DNA of 64,000 nucleotides from Bacillota bacterium (GCA_049322695.1 JBMORW010000031.1:14349-78348); one strand, 5' to 3'. Counted from the stretch's first letter, positions 18,292-29,816 are shown. Notes: generated from the letters alone by a model not told the origin. Program-made: numbers and translations.

Positions 18292-18682
18292 AATTTACAT
18301 TTTTTAGAAAGTCAATTGCCCTTGGGCTCAAATATGTAATATTATTCTGAGGAATAGTGAATTCCTTTTCTATAAAACGCTTCCCTTGCTCTTCATTTCT
18401 CAGCCAAACCATATAATATATGATAAAGTCCTCCTTAACTACGCTCAGTCTGTTAAAGACCATATCAGGCTTGGAGTTCAAAGCTTCAGAAACAACCGTT
18501 ATTATTTCATTGACCATATAGGGTACTTTGCTTACGGATACTATAATTTCATCTTTTGTCGCAGTTATGACGATGATGCAATTGTTTACATTATTCTTTA
18601 TGGTAACGGCCCTTTTTTGTGCAAGTGCTTCGGTTAACGCATCCAAAACAATACTATGAAAATTTTCTTCCATCTCTTTCAC
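18290..18682 (-). CDS. Hypothetical protein (last gene of the lonA-engB transcription unit)
   Basis: 130-aa ORF starting 15 nt after the engB stop, on the same strand. The start is uncertain (GTG 18682 or ATG 18673). I recognise no family. Confidence 0.55.
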   Translation of the reverse strand: MKEMEENFHSIVLDALTEALAQKRAVTIKNNVNNCIIVITATKDEIIVSVSKVPYMVNEIITVVSEALNSKPDMVFNRLSVVKEDFIIYYMVWLRNEEQGKRFIEKEFTIPQNNITYLSPRAIDFLKNVN

Positions 18683-18696
18683 TTCCCATCAACGAA

Positions 18697-19302
18697 TCAC
18701 TCATCTGATTCATTTTCAAGAGTCAAACCCGCAGTCAGTATTTCCCACAGCTCATCTCTTCCCTGATGTGTCTCAGAAGAGTAAGGTATAAGAATATCCT
18801 TGCTATCCAACTCCAATGTATCCGCCACAAGCTTTAGCTGCTTATTTACCGCTGTCTTTCCTATCTTGTCCAGCTTTGTTGCAACCACAATTACTGATTC
18901 TCTGTAATATTTGATAAAGTCATACATCATTCTATCATCAGCAGTTGGCTTATGTCTTATATCGACAAGTAAAACCACATTATACAGTGTTTCTCTAAAT
19001 TTCAGGTATTCTTCTATCATTTTTCCCCATTTTGCCTTTTCAGCTTTGGATACAGCTGCATATCCGTATCCAGGCAGGTCAACCAGCATAAGATTGTCAT
19101 TTACAACAAAAAAATTTATGAGTCTGGTTTTCCCCGGGCTCGAGCTAACCTTTACAAGCTTTTTTCTGTTAAGCAATGAGTTAATCAAGGAGGATTTACC
19201 TACATTTGATCTGCCGGAAAAAGCTATTTCCGGCAGACTTGTATCTGGATATTGGCTTTTGCTTGCTGCGCTTGTTAAAAAATCACATTTCCTTATTATC
19301 AT
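18697..19302 (-). CDS. engB: Ribosome-biogenesis GTPase YihA/YsxC
   Basis: G1 motif [10 protein letters not shown]3 motif DLPGYG, G4 motif TKLDK. An ATGA overlap with the lonA stop indicates translational coupling. Confidence 0.93.
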   Translation of the reverse strand: MIIRKCDFLTSAASKSQYPDTSLPEIAFSGRSNVGKSSLINSLLNRKKLVKVSSSPGKTRLINFFVVNDNLMLVDLPGYGYAAVSKAEKAKWGKMIEEYLKFRETLYNVVLLVDIRHKPTADDRMMYDFIKYYRESVIVVATKLDKIGKTAVNKQLKLVADTLELDSKDILIPYSSETHQGRDELWEILTAGLTLENESDE

Positions 19303-21632
19303 ACTTCACCTTTTACCAATGCATGCTCTAGAACTACATCCATATCTGATGCCAAAACAAATTCTATGGATTTCTTAACATTTGATGGAATTTCTTCCAG
19401 ATCCTTTTCATTTTCTATAGGGAGAATAATTTTTTTGATGCCAGCTCTGTTTGCTGCAAGTACCTTTTCCTTGAGACCTCCAATAGGCAAGACCCTGCCT
19501 CTGAGAGTAACCTCTCCGGTCATGGCAACATGCTTATATACAGGTCTTCTGCTTAACGCAGAGACAAGTGCGGTAGTCATTGTTATTCCTGCAGACGGAC
19601 CGTCCTTTGGAGTTGCTCCTTCGGGAACATGTATGTGTATATCCATGTTTTTTGAAAAATCAGGGTCTATTCCGAACTCCTCACACTTGGATCTGATATA
19701 GCTTAAACCTGCTCTTGCAGATTCCTTCATGACGTCCCCAAGGTGTCCCGTGAGCTCAAGCTTGCCGGTACCGGGCATTACTGATACTTCTATAAACAAT
19801 GTATCTCCGCCTACAGAAGTCCATGCAAGACCGGTAACTACCCCTATTTCGTCCTTTTGGTTCGCTTTATCATATCTGAACCTCTGAATTCCAAGGAACT
19901 TCTTTAAATTATCAGGATTTATTCTGACACTTTTCTTATTATGCTCAACTATTTGAGTTGCAGCCTTTCTAATTACATTTGCAATTTCTCTTTCAAGACT
20001 TCTGACACCTGATTCACGTGTGTAACCGTTAATAATTGCTCTTACTGTAGCTTCAGAAATAAGTACATTTTCATCTTTGAGGGAATGCTCCTTTATCTGC
20101 TTAGGTATAAGGTATTTCAATGCAATGTTTACTTTCTCCTCCTCTGTATATCCCGATATATATATGATCTCCATTCTGTCCAAAAGAGGAGCCGGTATTG
20201 TATCAGTTGAGTTTGCGGTAGTTACAAACATTACTCTGGATAAATCATAAGGAAGCTCCAGATAGTGATCCCTGAAATCCTTGTTCTGTTCTGCATCAAG
20301 CACCTCCAGCATCGCTGAAGCCGGATCTCCTCTAAAATCATGAGCCATCTTGTCTATTTCATCAAACAGAAATAATGGATTCTTGCTGCCTGCATGCTTC
20401 ATTGAATATATTATCCTGCCCGGTATGGCACCAATATAGGTTCGCCTGTGTCCTCTGATTTCTGCTTCATCTCTGACTCCTCCTAAGGACATTCTTACAA
20501 ACTTTCTTCCCATAGCCCTTGCTATGGACTTTGCAATCGAAGTTTTACCGACTCCCGGAGGTCCTACGAGGCAGAGTATAGGTCCCTTCATATTCTGTGA
20601 CAGCTGCCTTATTGCTAGGTATTCAAGTACTCTGTCCTTTACCTTTTTAAGCCCGAAATGATCCTCATCCAATACCTTTCTGGCATTCTTAATATCAAGA
20701 TTATCTTCGGTTTCCGTATTCCAAGGCAGATCAAATATCCAATCCAGATATGTTCTTATTACGCCAACCTCAGGTGATCCCGGAGACAGCTTTGTCAGTC
20801 TATCCATCTCCTTTTCCACCTTATCGATTACCTCTTGAGGAAGCTCAAGCTTCTCCAGCTTTTCCCTATAAACATCTATCTCTTCCTGATGTCCTTCCTT
20901 TTCGCCAAGCTCCTTCTGTATTGCCTTAAGCTGTTCCCTAAGGTAATACTCCTTCTGGGATTTATCAATCTGCTTTCTGACTCTTGATGCAATTTTTCTT
21001 TCTATCTCCAATATTTCGAGTTCTCTTGTAAGCAGCTCGTATATTCTTTCTAGTCTTTCCTTTACATTAAAAAGACTAAGTATCTCCTGTTTTTCCTCTA
21101 TCTTGATTACCAAGTTCGAAGCAATGACGTCTGCAAACCTTGAGGCATCCGTAATATCAGATACAGTAACAAGGGTTTCAGGCGCTATCTTCTGATTTGC
21201 CTTTACATACTCATCAAAAACACTCAATACACTTCTCTTTAGTGCTTCCAATTCTATATCCAGTGCTTGTTCTTCCTCAATAAATTCATGTACTTCTGCT
21301 AGAAAATATGCATCATCTGACAGTATATCAATTGTTTCTGCCCTGGATATACCTTCAACAAGTACTCTTATTGTATCACCGGGAAGCTTTAAAAGCTGCT
21401 TTATTTTAGATATTGTTCCTACCTCGTAGAAATCTTCTCTTGTGGGAAGATCTGTCTGAGCTTCCTTTTGAGTAACAAGAAAAATTAACTGGTCATTAAT
21501 CATGGCCTCTTCCAATGCTCTGACTGACTTTTCTCTGCCTACATCAAAATGCAGTACCATATAAGGAAATATACTTAATCCTCTAAGGGGCAGTAAAGGT
21601 ATCCTTCTGATTTTTTCTTTATTTTTTATCAT
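19299..21632 (-). CDS. lon: ATP-dependent Lon protease (LonA)
   Basis: 777 aa. It has a LON N-terminal domain, Walker [10 protein letters not shown], and the protease domain motif [11 protein letters not shown] with the catalytic Ser. Confidence 0.97.
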   Translation of the reverse strand: MIKNKEKIRRIPLLPLRGLSIFPYMVLHFDVGREKSVRALEEAMINDQLIFLVTQKEAQTDLPTREDFYEVGTISKIKQLLKLPGDTIRVLVEGISRAETIDILSDDAYFLAEVHEFIEEEQALDIELEALKRSVLSVFDEYVKANQKIAPETLVTVSDITDASRFADVIASNLVIKIEEKQEILSLFNVKERLERIYELLTRELEILEIERKIASRVRKQIDKSQKEYYLREQLKAIQKELGEKEGHQEEIDVYREKLEKLELPQEVIDKVEKEMDRLTKLSPGSPEVGVIRTYLDWIFDLPWNTETEDNLDIKNARKVLDEDHFGLKKVKDRVLEYLAIRQLSQNMKGPILCLVGPPGVGKTSIAKSIARAMGRKFVRMSLGGVRDEAEIRGHRRTYIGAIPGRIIYSMKHAGSKNPLFLFDEIDKMAHDFRGDPASAMLEVLDAEQNKDFRDHYLELPYDLSRVMFVTTANSTDTIPAPLLDRMEIIYISGYTEEEKVNIALKYLIPKQIKEHSLKDENVLISEATVRAIINGYTRESGVRSLEREIANVIRKAATQIVEHNKKSVRINPDNLKKFLGIQRFRYDKANQKDEIGVVTGLAWTSVGGDTLFIEVSVMPGTGKLELTGHLGDVMKESARAGLSYIRSKCEEFGIDPDFSKNMDIHIHVPEGATPKDGPSAGITMTTALVSALSRRPVYKHVAMTGEVTLRGRVLPIGGLKEKVLAANRAGIKKIILPIENEKDLEEIPSNVKKSIEFVLASDMDVVLEHALVKGEV

Positions 21633-21828
21633 ATCATCAACTCCCGTACAACTTTATGTTATCAAATGATAATATTGTTATTTTGCATGCTTTAAAAACC
21701 GCATCTTTATCTGGAACAAATGGTCATTTTATTGGAGAACTACTTTTATATTTGAATATTTATATTATATCTTTACGATAAAATTTAATCAACCAGTTAG
21801 ATATTTCTGAAAGTTTATACTGTATTTA

Positions 21829-23538
21829 CTATTTACAATCTTTTTGTGCCTGTACTGCAGGTGCATCTCCTACAGAGTTCGCAGTTAACAATCCAACCTC
21901 TGAAGGCTGCGCTGCCAGTGTTCTGTGTTCATTATGCCCATGGATTGCCAGTTCTACAACCTCTTTAATATCCTTTACCGGTATGACTTGAATATTATAG
22001 CCTTCTAAAATTTCCTGATAATTTCCTTCAGGTATGATAACCTTCTTTGCTCCTGCCTTATATGCTGCTTCTATCTTAGCCACTATTCCTCCTACCGGCA
22101 TTACCCTGCCTCTTATAGAGATTTCCCCCGTCATAGCCGTTTTGCTGTCAACAACTTTGTTTGTTATTGCCGAATATAATGCAACTGCTATGGCTATACC
22201 CGCAGAAGGCCCATCTACCGGTACTCCACCCGGAAAATTAAGGTGTATATCGTAATCCTCATATTGTATACCAAGATATTTGTTTAGAACTGTCAACACA
22301 TTATCAATAGAGCTTTTTGCCATACTTTTTCTTTTTATGGTTTTGTCCCTTGAGCCTATCTCTTCCTCCTCAACAATACCTGTAACGGTTACTTTTCCGT
22401 TTCCTTTAAGTACTCTTACTGCAGATACTTCAATATCAAGTAATGTGCCTATGTTTGGACCGTATACTGCAAGACCGTGTACGAATCCAACCTGAGAATC
22501 CTCATTTATTATCTTCTCACATCTGGGGTTGTATTGTCCATTGTTTACAACCCATTCAATGTCACTTACCAGAATCCTGTTTCTTCCCTCAATAATATTT
22601 ACTCCGGCAGCAGTCTGAATTATATTAACAGCTTCCCTCCCATTGGTCGCATATTTGGCTATTATATCTATTACTCCGTTTTCAGAGTCTATGTTGATTT
22701 TTTTTAAAGCGTTTTCAACAACAGTTTTTATCTCATCTGTATGCAGGGGCTTGAAATAAATCTCCAGACATCTTGAGCGCAAAGCGGGGGGTATGCTTTC
22801 AGGTCCTCTGGTAGTGGCACCAATCAATCTGAAGTCTGCAGGCAAGCCATTCTGAAATATGTCATGTATATGATAGGGTATATTGGAATCCTCAGAACTA
22901 TAATATGCACTCTCTAAAAAAACCTTCCTATCTTCAAGAACCTTTAACAGCTTATTCATTTGTATTGGATGCAGTTCTCCAATTTCATCAATAAAGAGCA
23001 CTCCGCCATGAGCCTTTGTAACTGCACCTATTTTGGGCTGTGGTATACCTGCAACTCCCATAGCTCCTGCACCCTGATAAATAGGATCATGAACTGAGCC
23101 TATCAGCGGATCAGCAATACCTCTCTCATCAAATCTGACGGTTGTAGCATCTATTTCTATAAATTTAGCATCCTGCCTGAAAGGACTGAACATTTTTTTC
23201 TTTGCCTCCTCCAGTATCAGTCTTGCAGCAGCAGTCTTACCTACACCGGGAGGACCATAGATAATAACATGCTGCGGATTAGGACTGCATATAGCTGCCC
23301 TTAAAGCCTTGATGCCATTTTCCTGTCCTATTACCTCCTCAAGTAAAGTGGGTCTTGTAACCTCTGACAATGGTTTAGTCAGCTTTATTTCACGCATTTT
23401 TTGAAGCTTGTCAAGCTCTTTGCGGGATTCCTTTTCCACAGCAACCTTATTTCCCTGCTGGCCTTTAAGCAGATTGAGAAAATATAATCCGATAACTATA
23501 GCAAAAAAGAATTGTATAATAAACAGTAATTGTGCCAT
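21829..23538 (-). CDS. lonB: Sporulation protease LonB
   Basis: 569 aa with an N-terminal TM helix (LLFIIQFFFAIVIGLYFLNLL), the AAA+ motif [13 protein letters not shown] and the protease motif VDGPSAGIAIA. The order lonB-lonA-engB matches Bacillus. GGAGG RBS. Confidence 0.93.
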   Translation of the reverse strand: MAQLLFIIQFFFAIVIGLYFLNLLKGQQGNKVAVEKESRKELDKLQKMREIKLTKPLSEVTRPTLLEEVIGQENGIKALRAAICSPNPQHVIIYGPPGVGKTAAARLILEEAKKKMFSPFRQDAKFIEIDATTVRFDERGIADPLIGSVHDPIYQGAGAMGVAGIPQPKIGAVTKAHGGVLFIDEIGELHPIQMNKLLKVLEDRKVFLESAYYSSEDSNIPYHIHDIFQNGLPADFRLIGATTRGPESIPPALRSRCLEIYFKPLHTDEIKTVVENALKKINIDSENGVIDIIAKYATNGREAVNIIQTAAGVNIIEGRNRILVSDIEWVVNNGQYNPRCEKIINEDSQVGFVHGLAVYGPNIGTLLDIEVSAVRVLKGNGKVTVTGIVEEEEIGSRDKTIKRKSMAKSSIDNVLTVLNKYLGIQYEDYDIHLNFPGGVPVDGPSAGIAIAVALYSAITNKVVDSKTAMTGEISIRGRVMPVGGIVAKIEAAYKAGAKKVIIPEGNYQEILEGYNIQVIPVKDIKEVVELAIHGHNEHRTLAAQPSEVGLLTANSVGDAPAVQAQKDCK

Positions 23539-23945
23539 TTGACTGCCTCCATTTCTGTAAAATGTTATCGATTTCCAGCTTCTGAAGCATTGTGGACTAT
23601 AGCAAATACAAGACTATCTGCACCCAGGTCATTTTTTGACAGATACTCATTTTTAAAGAAGCTAAAAAATCATTTATACATTTCTCTCTACTATTATTTG
23701 CTTGGAACTTATTTTTATCCTGCTGCAAATATATGTCAAATAAGCACTCCAACAAGAAATATCGATCAGCAGCACATATTTACTCTAATTTGTCGTTTTT
23801 CAATTATTTTCAAAAAAAATATCAGGCATGGATTTGTACATGACTGATAAATAGCCTTATCAATAATCTGCATTTTTCGGCAAAGTGGCTTATTCCTATG
23901 TCACCTGATTACCACTGCACCTGACAAAAAACTATAGAATAACAA

Positions 23946-23976
23946 TAAACAATCAAGTGCACAGCACTTGATTGTT
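23946..23976 (-). terminator. Terminator hairpin downstream of the repeat-peptide gene
   Basis: 14-bp perfect stem: AAACAATCAAGTGC (23946-23959) pairs with GCACTTGATTGTTT (23963-23976). A T-rich tail follows on the minus strand. Confidence 0.6.
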
Positions 23977-24031
23977 TAAGGACTAATATAAAGATATGGA
24001 TATCAACTGAGCTTTAGATTCTTGTTTACTA

Positions 24032-24334
24032 TTAGCTGAAAGTATTGCCTATACTAGTCTTTGGTTCTGGTTTTTCTTGATCAGCCAGCATTTCATCAAT
24101 AGCCCAATAATTCCCTTTTGGTTCCGGCTTTTCTTGATCCGCCAGCATTTCATCAATAGCCCAATAATTCCCTTTTGGTTCCGGCTTTTCTTGATCTGCC
24201 AGCATTTCCAGATTATTCCGTATGCTGCCTTTTGGCTCAGGTTTTTCTTGATCAGCAACTGTTGTATAGCTACTTAAGTCAATAGCTGATACAAGTAAGA
24301 TCATAAAAATAATCACTACAATAACTTTTTTCAT
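24032..24334 (-). CDS. Small secreted protein built from four ADQEKPEPK modules (candidate multi-copy pro-peptide)
   Basis: 100 aa with a GGGGG RBS. The hydrophobic signal-like N-terminus is MKKVIVVIIFMILLVSAIDLSS. It is followed by ADQEKPEPKGSIRNNLEML, ADQEKPEPKGNYWAIDEML (twice) and ADQEKPEPKTSIGNTFS. Confidence 0.7.
   Translation of the reverse strand: MKKVIVVIIFMILLVSAIDLSSYTTVADQEKPEPKGSIRNNLEMLADQEKPEPKGNYWAIDEMLADQEKPEPKGNYWAIDEMLADQEKPEPKTSIGNTFS
24059..24262 (-). repeat. Tandem direct repeat, 57-bp period, about 3.5 copies, inside the CDS
   Basis: Repeat units start at 24059, 24116, 24173 and 24230. By hand alignment, units 1 and 2 differ at 4 of 57 positions. Unit 3 matches unit 2 over its first 36 nt or so and then diverges. 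Confidence 0.9.
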
Positions 24335-24683
24335 AACATTACCCCCTTATCGATGTAATAAGCGCTTACATACATTTTACCATTGTTAATCATTTTTGTC
24401 AATAAATTTTGAATATTCGCAAGTTTTAAAAGCTATTACTGTTATGCATTATAAACGGACATTAACATATTACCATAAATCCTTTGCTGCAACAAAACAT
24501 GGCAAATATTACGGATTTCCTCCTTATCTATATCACTTTTTTGCTTCAGATCAGCAGCGGCATTACATTTTTGAGTTTGCTGGTTTACTTAATAGCAATA
24601 TTGCACTAATATGTGAATATGCTTTACATTTATGGCTAAACTTATGATATAATATACTTGATTGTGATTAAGATTGGGGGGAA

Positions 24684-25994
24684 ATGAAAATGCTTACATT
24701 GGGACAGAAGATTAAAGCCACTAGAAAAGAGCAGGGTTTGACCCAAGCTGAGCTAGTTGGAGACAGAATAACCAGGAACCAATTAAGTCTTATTGAAAAT
24801 GGTATCAACAATCCGTCTATTCCTACATTAGAGTTTCTAGCAGAAAGATTAGGTAAGCCGGTATCCTATTTTTTATCAGATGATGATTTTTTGAAGCATG
24901 AATGTGCAAATCTTATATCAAAGTGTGAGATGTTTATCGAAAAGGAGGATTTCCTTTCATGTATAAACAGCTTGGATACTTTTTTAGAGGATGTGAACCC
25001 AGAAGAATTTGCACATTATGACCTTTTGGGTAAAATGTATGCTTTATTAGGTGAAGCTTATTTCAGAGTAAAAGATAGCAGAGCCGAGGAAACACTTCTA
25101 AAAAGCCTAGATTATTTGAGCAATAAAGAACACTCTATTTACTTATGTAAAGCTTATAACAACTTAGGTACAATAGCATTTAAGTTAGAAAATTTTGAGT
25201 TAGCTGAGGATTATTATAGCAGAGCAAACAACATACTATCTACTATTACTATTGATAATATTGTCTTAAAGCTAAACATTACCTACAATTTGGCCTCTAC
25301 TTTCAATGAGCTTAAAAAGTTTGATAGGTTAATACCTTTTATACATGAAATATTATCATATTCTCAGAAGTATAAAATATACCATAATTTTGGTGAGTTC
25401 AAAATACTTCTGGCAATGGCGCATATGTATAATGCAAACAATAAAGAAGCAGTTAACTGCACTTTAAAGGCTATTGAGTATTTTGCATTCACTGGTGAAG
25501 AAACACCAAAGCATTATTGCTATACAAACCTTGGAATTTATTACCGCTTAATAAAAGATTACAATAGTTCATTAAAATATTTAGACTTATCCATTAACTA
25601 TTTCAAGAGTATTGATAGCAGTAAATCATTGATTAATGCTAAGGCAGAGAGAATTAAGACTCTGTTTTATGTATCTGAAAACCATGAGCATATAAAAGAG
25701 CTCATTAGTGAGATATTTGGATCTATCGAGGACAAGCAAATGAACAAAGCTGATCTATACACTATTCTTGCTATACTTAACCTCGAAAATGGTGAAATAG
25801 ATGATGCTCAGAACTTATTTACCACTGCCGAAGAGCTATACATGAAAAATTCAGACTCAGAGTTCTACCCATATGTCAATCTTGGCTTAAGCAAGATATT
25901 CAAGCATAATGGCGACTGGGAAAAGGCATATGTTTACCTGGCAAAAGTAAACGAATCAAAGTATGAGCTTAAAAGAAAAGTAAACTTTGAATAA
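24684..25994 (+). CDS. XRE-family HTH + TPR regulator (RRNPP-like architecture)
   Basis: The N-terminal HTH is LGQKIKATRKEQGLTQAELVGDRITRNQLSLIENGINNPSIPTLEFLAERLGKPVSYF. About 370 aa of TPR-like helical repeats follow. GGGGGG RBS. An extended -10 element TGaTATAAT lies at 24645-24653. Confidence 0.85.
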   Translation: MKMLTLGQKIKATRKEQGLTQAELVGDRITRNQLSLIENGINNPSIPTLEFLAERLGKPVSYFLSDDDFLKHECANLISKCEMFIEKEDFLSCINSLDTFLEDVNPEEFAHYDLLGKMYALLGEAYFRVKDSRAEETLLKSLDYLSNKEHSIYLCKAYNNLGTIAFKLENFELAEDYYSRANNILSTITIDNIVLKLNITYNLASTFNELKKFDRLIPFIHEILSYSQKYKIYHNFGEFKILLAMAHMYNANNKEAVNCTLKAIEYFAFTGEETPKHYCYTNLGIYYRLIKDYNSSLKYLDLSINYFKSIDSSKSLINAKAERIKTLFYVSENHEHIKELISEIFGSIEDKQMNKADLYTILAILNLENGEIDDAQNLFTTAEELYMKNSDSEFYPYVNLGLSKIFKHNGDWEKAYVYLAKVNESKYELKRKVNFE

Positions 25995-26000
25995 TGATAA

Positions 26001-26032
26001 AAAAAAGAAGGTCTTGCAGGACCTTCTTTTTT
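26001..26032. terminator. Bidirectional rho-independent terminator
   Basis: GAAGGTC (26007-26013) pairs with GACCTTC (26020-26026), flanked by an A-run and a T-run. It lies between convergent genes. Confidence 0.8.
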
Positions 26033-26037
26033 AAACT

Positions 26038-28119
26038 TTAGAGCTTAAATCTCTCAATATCCTTTTCAAGCTTGTCAGCAAGGTGTGCAAGCTGCTTTGA
26101 ATACTCCTTGACCTTCAGTACCGATTCGTTCTGCTTTTCAACAGATGCTGCCACTTCTTCGGTTCCGGCTGCATTTTCTTCTGAAATGCTGGCTAAGCCT
26201 TCAATCATAGACGCAACCTCCGTACTGCTTCTGCTTAATACCTCTGTGACATTGTGAACTGAAAGGATTTTGCTGTTTACGTCTTCTACCGACATCATGA
26301 TTTTTTCAAAGGCATTGCTTGTGCCATCTACAGCCAATTCCTGTTCTTCAACGATTGCATCTGATTTTTTACTTTCATCAACTGCCTGCGCAATACTTAA
26401 TTGTATCTCATTAATCAGTTCGGATATTTCCTTTGTAGCATTTGCAGACTGTTCTGCCAGCTTTCGAACTTCATCAGCAACCACCGCAAAGCCTCTTCCC
26501 TGTTCTCCCGCCCTTGCAGCTTCTATTGCTGCATTCAATGCCAATAAATTTGTTTGCTCTGCTATACCATTTATAACATTAACTATTTCACCAATCTGTT
26601 TAGATTTATCAGACAGTTCCCCTATGGTAGCACGGACATTATGTGCAGCTTTCTTACTGTCCTGCATTTTACTTTTCTGATGCTTGACCTTTTCCGCACT
26701 GTCTGTCATTATTGTAATGGCACTTTGAGTAATTTCCTCAGATTTTTTTGTATTATCGACAACGTCTCTCAACTGGTTTATTATTTCACTGACAGCCCTA
26801 TGTCCACTTTGTGTTGTTTCTGCTTGATCGGCAGCCCCTCTTGCAAGCTCTGATACTGTGGCAGTGATTCTCTCAGCTTCTAATGAGGTTTCCTCTGTTG
26901 CCTCCTTCATCTTCTGTGATGCTTCTATAAGAGTTGCACCTGTCTGTTTTACCTCAGATATGAGAAGCCTCATGTTTTGCACCATGTTTTCAAAGGTTTC
27001 TGACAATAAGGATATTTCACTTCTTGCAGAGGATTTTTTGATGCTTGCTTTATAAGAGGACAGATCTCCCTCCGCAATTCTTCTGGCATTGTTTACAATG
27101 TGCTTTAATGGATTTGCAACCGTCTTGGTAATTACCAGCGAAAGAAGCAAAACAAATATTACTGTTGATATCACAAAAGCACCTATATTATATATAACCA
27201 GATTGTTCAATACAGAAAATGCTTCAGATCTGGGATACATTAATACGAGGTATAATCCTGTATTCCCTACAGGTGAATATACAGCTATCTGATTGCTGTT
27301 CTTCAGATCAACAAGCCCTGTCTTGTCTGCCTTTATAATCTCATTACCCAGAGCTACCAGCTCTTTATCCGTCTCTTCCAGTATACTCTTTTGAAGGTCT
27401 TCCTCAACCTTGTCGGATTTAGCCCAATATTTGCCCTCTGCTGTAATAATATATGCATATCCGTTATTCCCAACTCTTATACCCTTAATGTATTCCCTGA
27501 TTTCGTTCAGGGTCATGTCTGCAGTTGTTACTCCAATTGTCCTGCCATTTTTTATTATCGGGGAAGTACAGGTCATGAATGTGGTATTAAGGGTTGCATC
27601 ATAGTAAGGAAGTGTATAAACAACACTTTCTTTCGTGTTTAAACCGACTTTATACCAATCCTGTGAATGATAATCATAAGCTTCATTGCTGTAGTCCCAA
27701 GTCAGCACCATATTATCCCCGTCTTTGTAAATGTATGGTCCATAATATTTAGTCTGAGGTTCATACAAGTATGGCTCAAACCAGTATCCGCTGCCCGCTA
27801 TCAAGCTGTCGCCTGCAATATTCTTTTTTATGACATCAAAAAGTACGCTTTCAGTAAAAGTGTTCATGGAGGATATGGTGTTTGCCAAAGCTTCCCCTGC
27901 TTTTGCCACATTATTTATTCTGCCAAATAGTATTGATGATTCCTTCTCTACTTCTGATTTAAGAAGGTCCTGTACATACCTAGTAGTGCTGGTACTGAAC
28001 TGATAGATGCTGAAAAAGGCTTGTCCGCTAAATATAATCAGAGTGATTGTCACGACAAAAAGTATAAACATTGCTTTTAAGCTTAGCCCTTTAGAAGCCT
28101 TAGTTTTTTTTGTATTCAT
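26038..28119 (-). CDS. Methyl-accepting chemotaxis protein with a dCache-type sensor and HAMP
   Basis: Start at ATG 28119 (GGAAGTGG RBS). The layout is a TM helix, an extracytoplasmic Cache-like domain (GSGYWFEPY...YGPYIY...WDYS...YDYHSQDWY), a second TM helix, HAMP, and an MCP signalling domain ([38 protein letters not shown]). Confidence 0.9.
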   Translation of the reverse strand: MNTKKTKASKGLSLKAMFILFVVTITLIIFSGQAFFSIYQFSTSTTRYVQDLLKSEVEKESSILFGRINNVAKAGEALANTISSMNTFTESVLFDVIKKNIAGDSLIAGSGYWFEPYLYEPQTKYYGPYIYKDGDNMVLTWDYSNEAYDYHSQDWYKVGLNTKESVVYTLPYYDATLNTTFMTCTSPIIKNGRTIGVTTADMTLNEIREYIKGIRVGNNGYAYIITAEGKYWAKSDKVEEDLQKSILEETDKELVALGNEIIKADKTGLVDLKNSNQIAVYSPVGNTGLYLVLMYPRSEAFSVLNNLVIYNIGAFVISTVIFVLLLSLVITKTVANPLKHIVNNARRIAEGDLSSYKASIKKSSARSEISLLSETFENMVQNMRLLISEVKQTGATLIEASQKMKEATEETSLEAERITATVSELARGAADQAETTQSGHRAVSEIINQLRDVVDNTKKSEEITQSAITIMTDSAEKVKHQKSKMQDSKKAAHNVRATIGELSDKSKQIGEIVNVINGIAEQTNLLALNAAIEAARAGEQGRGFAVVADEVRKLAEQSANATKEISELINEIQLSIAQAVDESKKSDAIVEEQELAVDGTSNAFEKIMMSVEDVNSKILSVHNVTEVLSRSSTEVASMIEGLASISEENAAGTEEVAASVEKQNESVLKVKEYSKQLAHLADKLEKDIERFKL

Positions 28120-28493
28120 ACTACCACTTCCTTTCATTCTAATAGTTGCATATGTAGTTTTGGTAGAAAACGCATGTAATAATAATATTGCCAGAATGAA
28201 TTGCCTTACCAATGATATATTTATTAATTTAATCATACTATTCTGACAAATTTAATTCAATAACAATCAGCTGCGAAAATTGTAGTAAAATGTCCTATTT
28301 TAGCAGATTTTGTCTACTTAACACAAGGAAATGGCCATATTGCTGCTTTTTACCAGATGATATAATTTACTGTTTAATATTTGTCAAAGTTATGTATTTT
28401 GAATAAAACCCGACTTATTTACATTATTTTTTGTTATTGACATAATATTGCCATTTGTTTCACTTTGCTTTTTTGAGCTTATATTTCAGAATA

Positions 28494-28520
28494 AAAAAGG
28501 ACCGGTTTTCCCGATCCTTA
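28494..28520 (-). terminator. Terminator after clpX
   Basis: On the minus strand: GGATCGG-aaaa-CCGGTCC followed by T6. The stem has one mismatch. Confidence 0.6.
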
Positions 28521-29816
28521 AGATGCTGTTCCTCTTTTTGGTTTTGTACTTTTTCTTGCAGGCTTCTTTATTTGCTTTTTTGTTCCAGGCTCAAGAAGCT
28601 TTAACACAGGCTCATTCTTGTCAATAACCGTTTCTTTAGTTATAATGCACTTGTCTATGTCCTCTCTGGAAGGAATTTCATACATTACGTTCAGCATTAT
28701 TTCCTCAAATATTGCTCTTAGGCCTCTTGCACCTGTCTTTCTGTCCAAAGCCTTTTGAGCTATTTGCTCTACAGCTTCAGCTTCAAATTCCAGATCCACA
28801 TTGTCAAGCTCAAAAAGCTTTTGATACTGCTTAACTAATGCATTTTTCGGCTCTGTAAGTATTTTCATCAGAGCATTCTTATCCAATGAATCAAGAGTCA
28901 CTATAATAGGTAATCTGCCTACAAACTCCGGTATCAATCCGAACTTAAGCAAATCCTCCGGCATTATCCTTCTAAGTATCTGTCCTATTTCAACCTGGTC
29001 CTTGGATTGTATGTCAGCAACAAAGCCCAGTGACTTTTTACCTGTACGGTTCATTATTATTTTATCAAGACCATCAAAGGCTCCGCCGCAGATAAACAAA
29101 ATATTGGTTGTGTCTATTTGTATGAATTCCTGGTGAGGATGCTTCCTTCCACCTTGAGGCGGAACACTTGCAATTGTACCCTCAAGAATTTTTAATAAAG
29201 CCTGTTGAACTCCCTCACCGGAAACATCCCTTGTAATAGACGGGTTCTCAGATTTTCTTGCAATTTTGTCAACCTCGTCTATATAAACTATACCCTTTTG
29301 TGCTCTTTCTATATCATAATCAGCATTCTGTATAAGCTTTAATAGTATGTTTTCAACATCCTCACCTACATAACCTGCCTCAGTAAGTGATGTCGCATCT
29401 GCAATAGCAAAGGGTACATTCAGCATTTTTGCAAGGGTCTGTGCAAGTAAAGTCTTACCTGATCCGGTTGGACCAATAAGTACTATATTGCTTTTCTGCA
29501 ACTCCACATCATCTATTTTCGAATCCGAATTGATTCTTTTATAGTGATTATATACTGCTACAGCCATTGCCTTTTTTGCTTCATCCTGTCCGATTACATA
29601 CTGGTCCAGAAACTCCTTTATTTGGGCAGGCTTAGGTACATCCTGCATTTCCAGATCCACTTCTTCATCAAATTCCTCATCAATGATTTCCTGACATAGT
29701 TCTATACACTCATCGCAGATATATACTCCCGGACCTGCGATCAGCCTTCTTACCTGATCCTGATTCTTACCACAAAAAGAGCATTTAAGCTGCTTCTTAT
29801 CATCAAATTTAGCCAT
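28518..29816 (-). CDS. clpX: ATP-dependent Clp protease ATP-binding subunit ClpX
   Basis: N-terminal zinc finger CSFCGK...CDEC, Walker A GPTGSGKT, and an IGF-type loop region. Confidence 0.98.
   Translation of the reverse strand: MAKFDDKKQLKCSFCGKNQDQVRRLIAGPGVYICDECIELCQEIIDEEFDEEVDLEMQDVPKPAQIKEFLDQYVIGQDEAKKAMAVAVYNHYKRINSDSKIDDVELQKSNIVLIGPTGSGKTLLAQTLAKMLNVPFAIADATSLTEAGYVGEDVENILLKLIQNADYDIERAQKGIVYIDEVDKIARKSENPSITRDVSGEGVQQALLKILEGTIASVPPQGGRKHPHQEFIQIDTTNILFICGGAFDGLDKIIMNRTGKKSLGFVADIQSKDQVEIGQILRRIMPEDLLKFGLIPEFVGRLPIIVTLDSLDKNALMKILTEPKNALVKQYQKLFELDNVDLEFEAEAVEQIAQKALDRKTGARGLRAIFEEIMLNVMYEIPSREDIDKCIITKETVIDKNEPVLKLLEPGTKKQIKKPARKSTKPKRGTAS

Noticed and set aside
24059-24262. 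57-bp tandem repeats considered as a CRISPR array or minisatellite
   Set aside because: The units are contiguous with no spacers. They lie in frame inside a CDS with an RBS and signal peptide and encode the repeated ADQEKPEPK modules. No cas genes are present.
24462-24500. 12-codon minus-strand mini-ORF (MFCCSKGFMVIC) in the regulator/peptide intergenic region, downstream of an AAGGAGGAAA sequence
   Set aside because: The spacing between the SD-like sequence and the ATG is about 18 nt, which is too long. There is no export signal. It is probably fortuitous.
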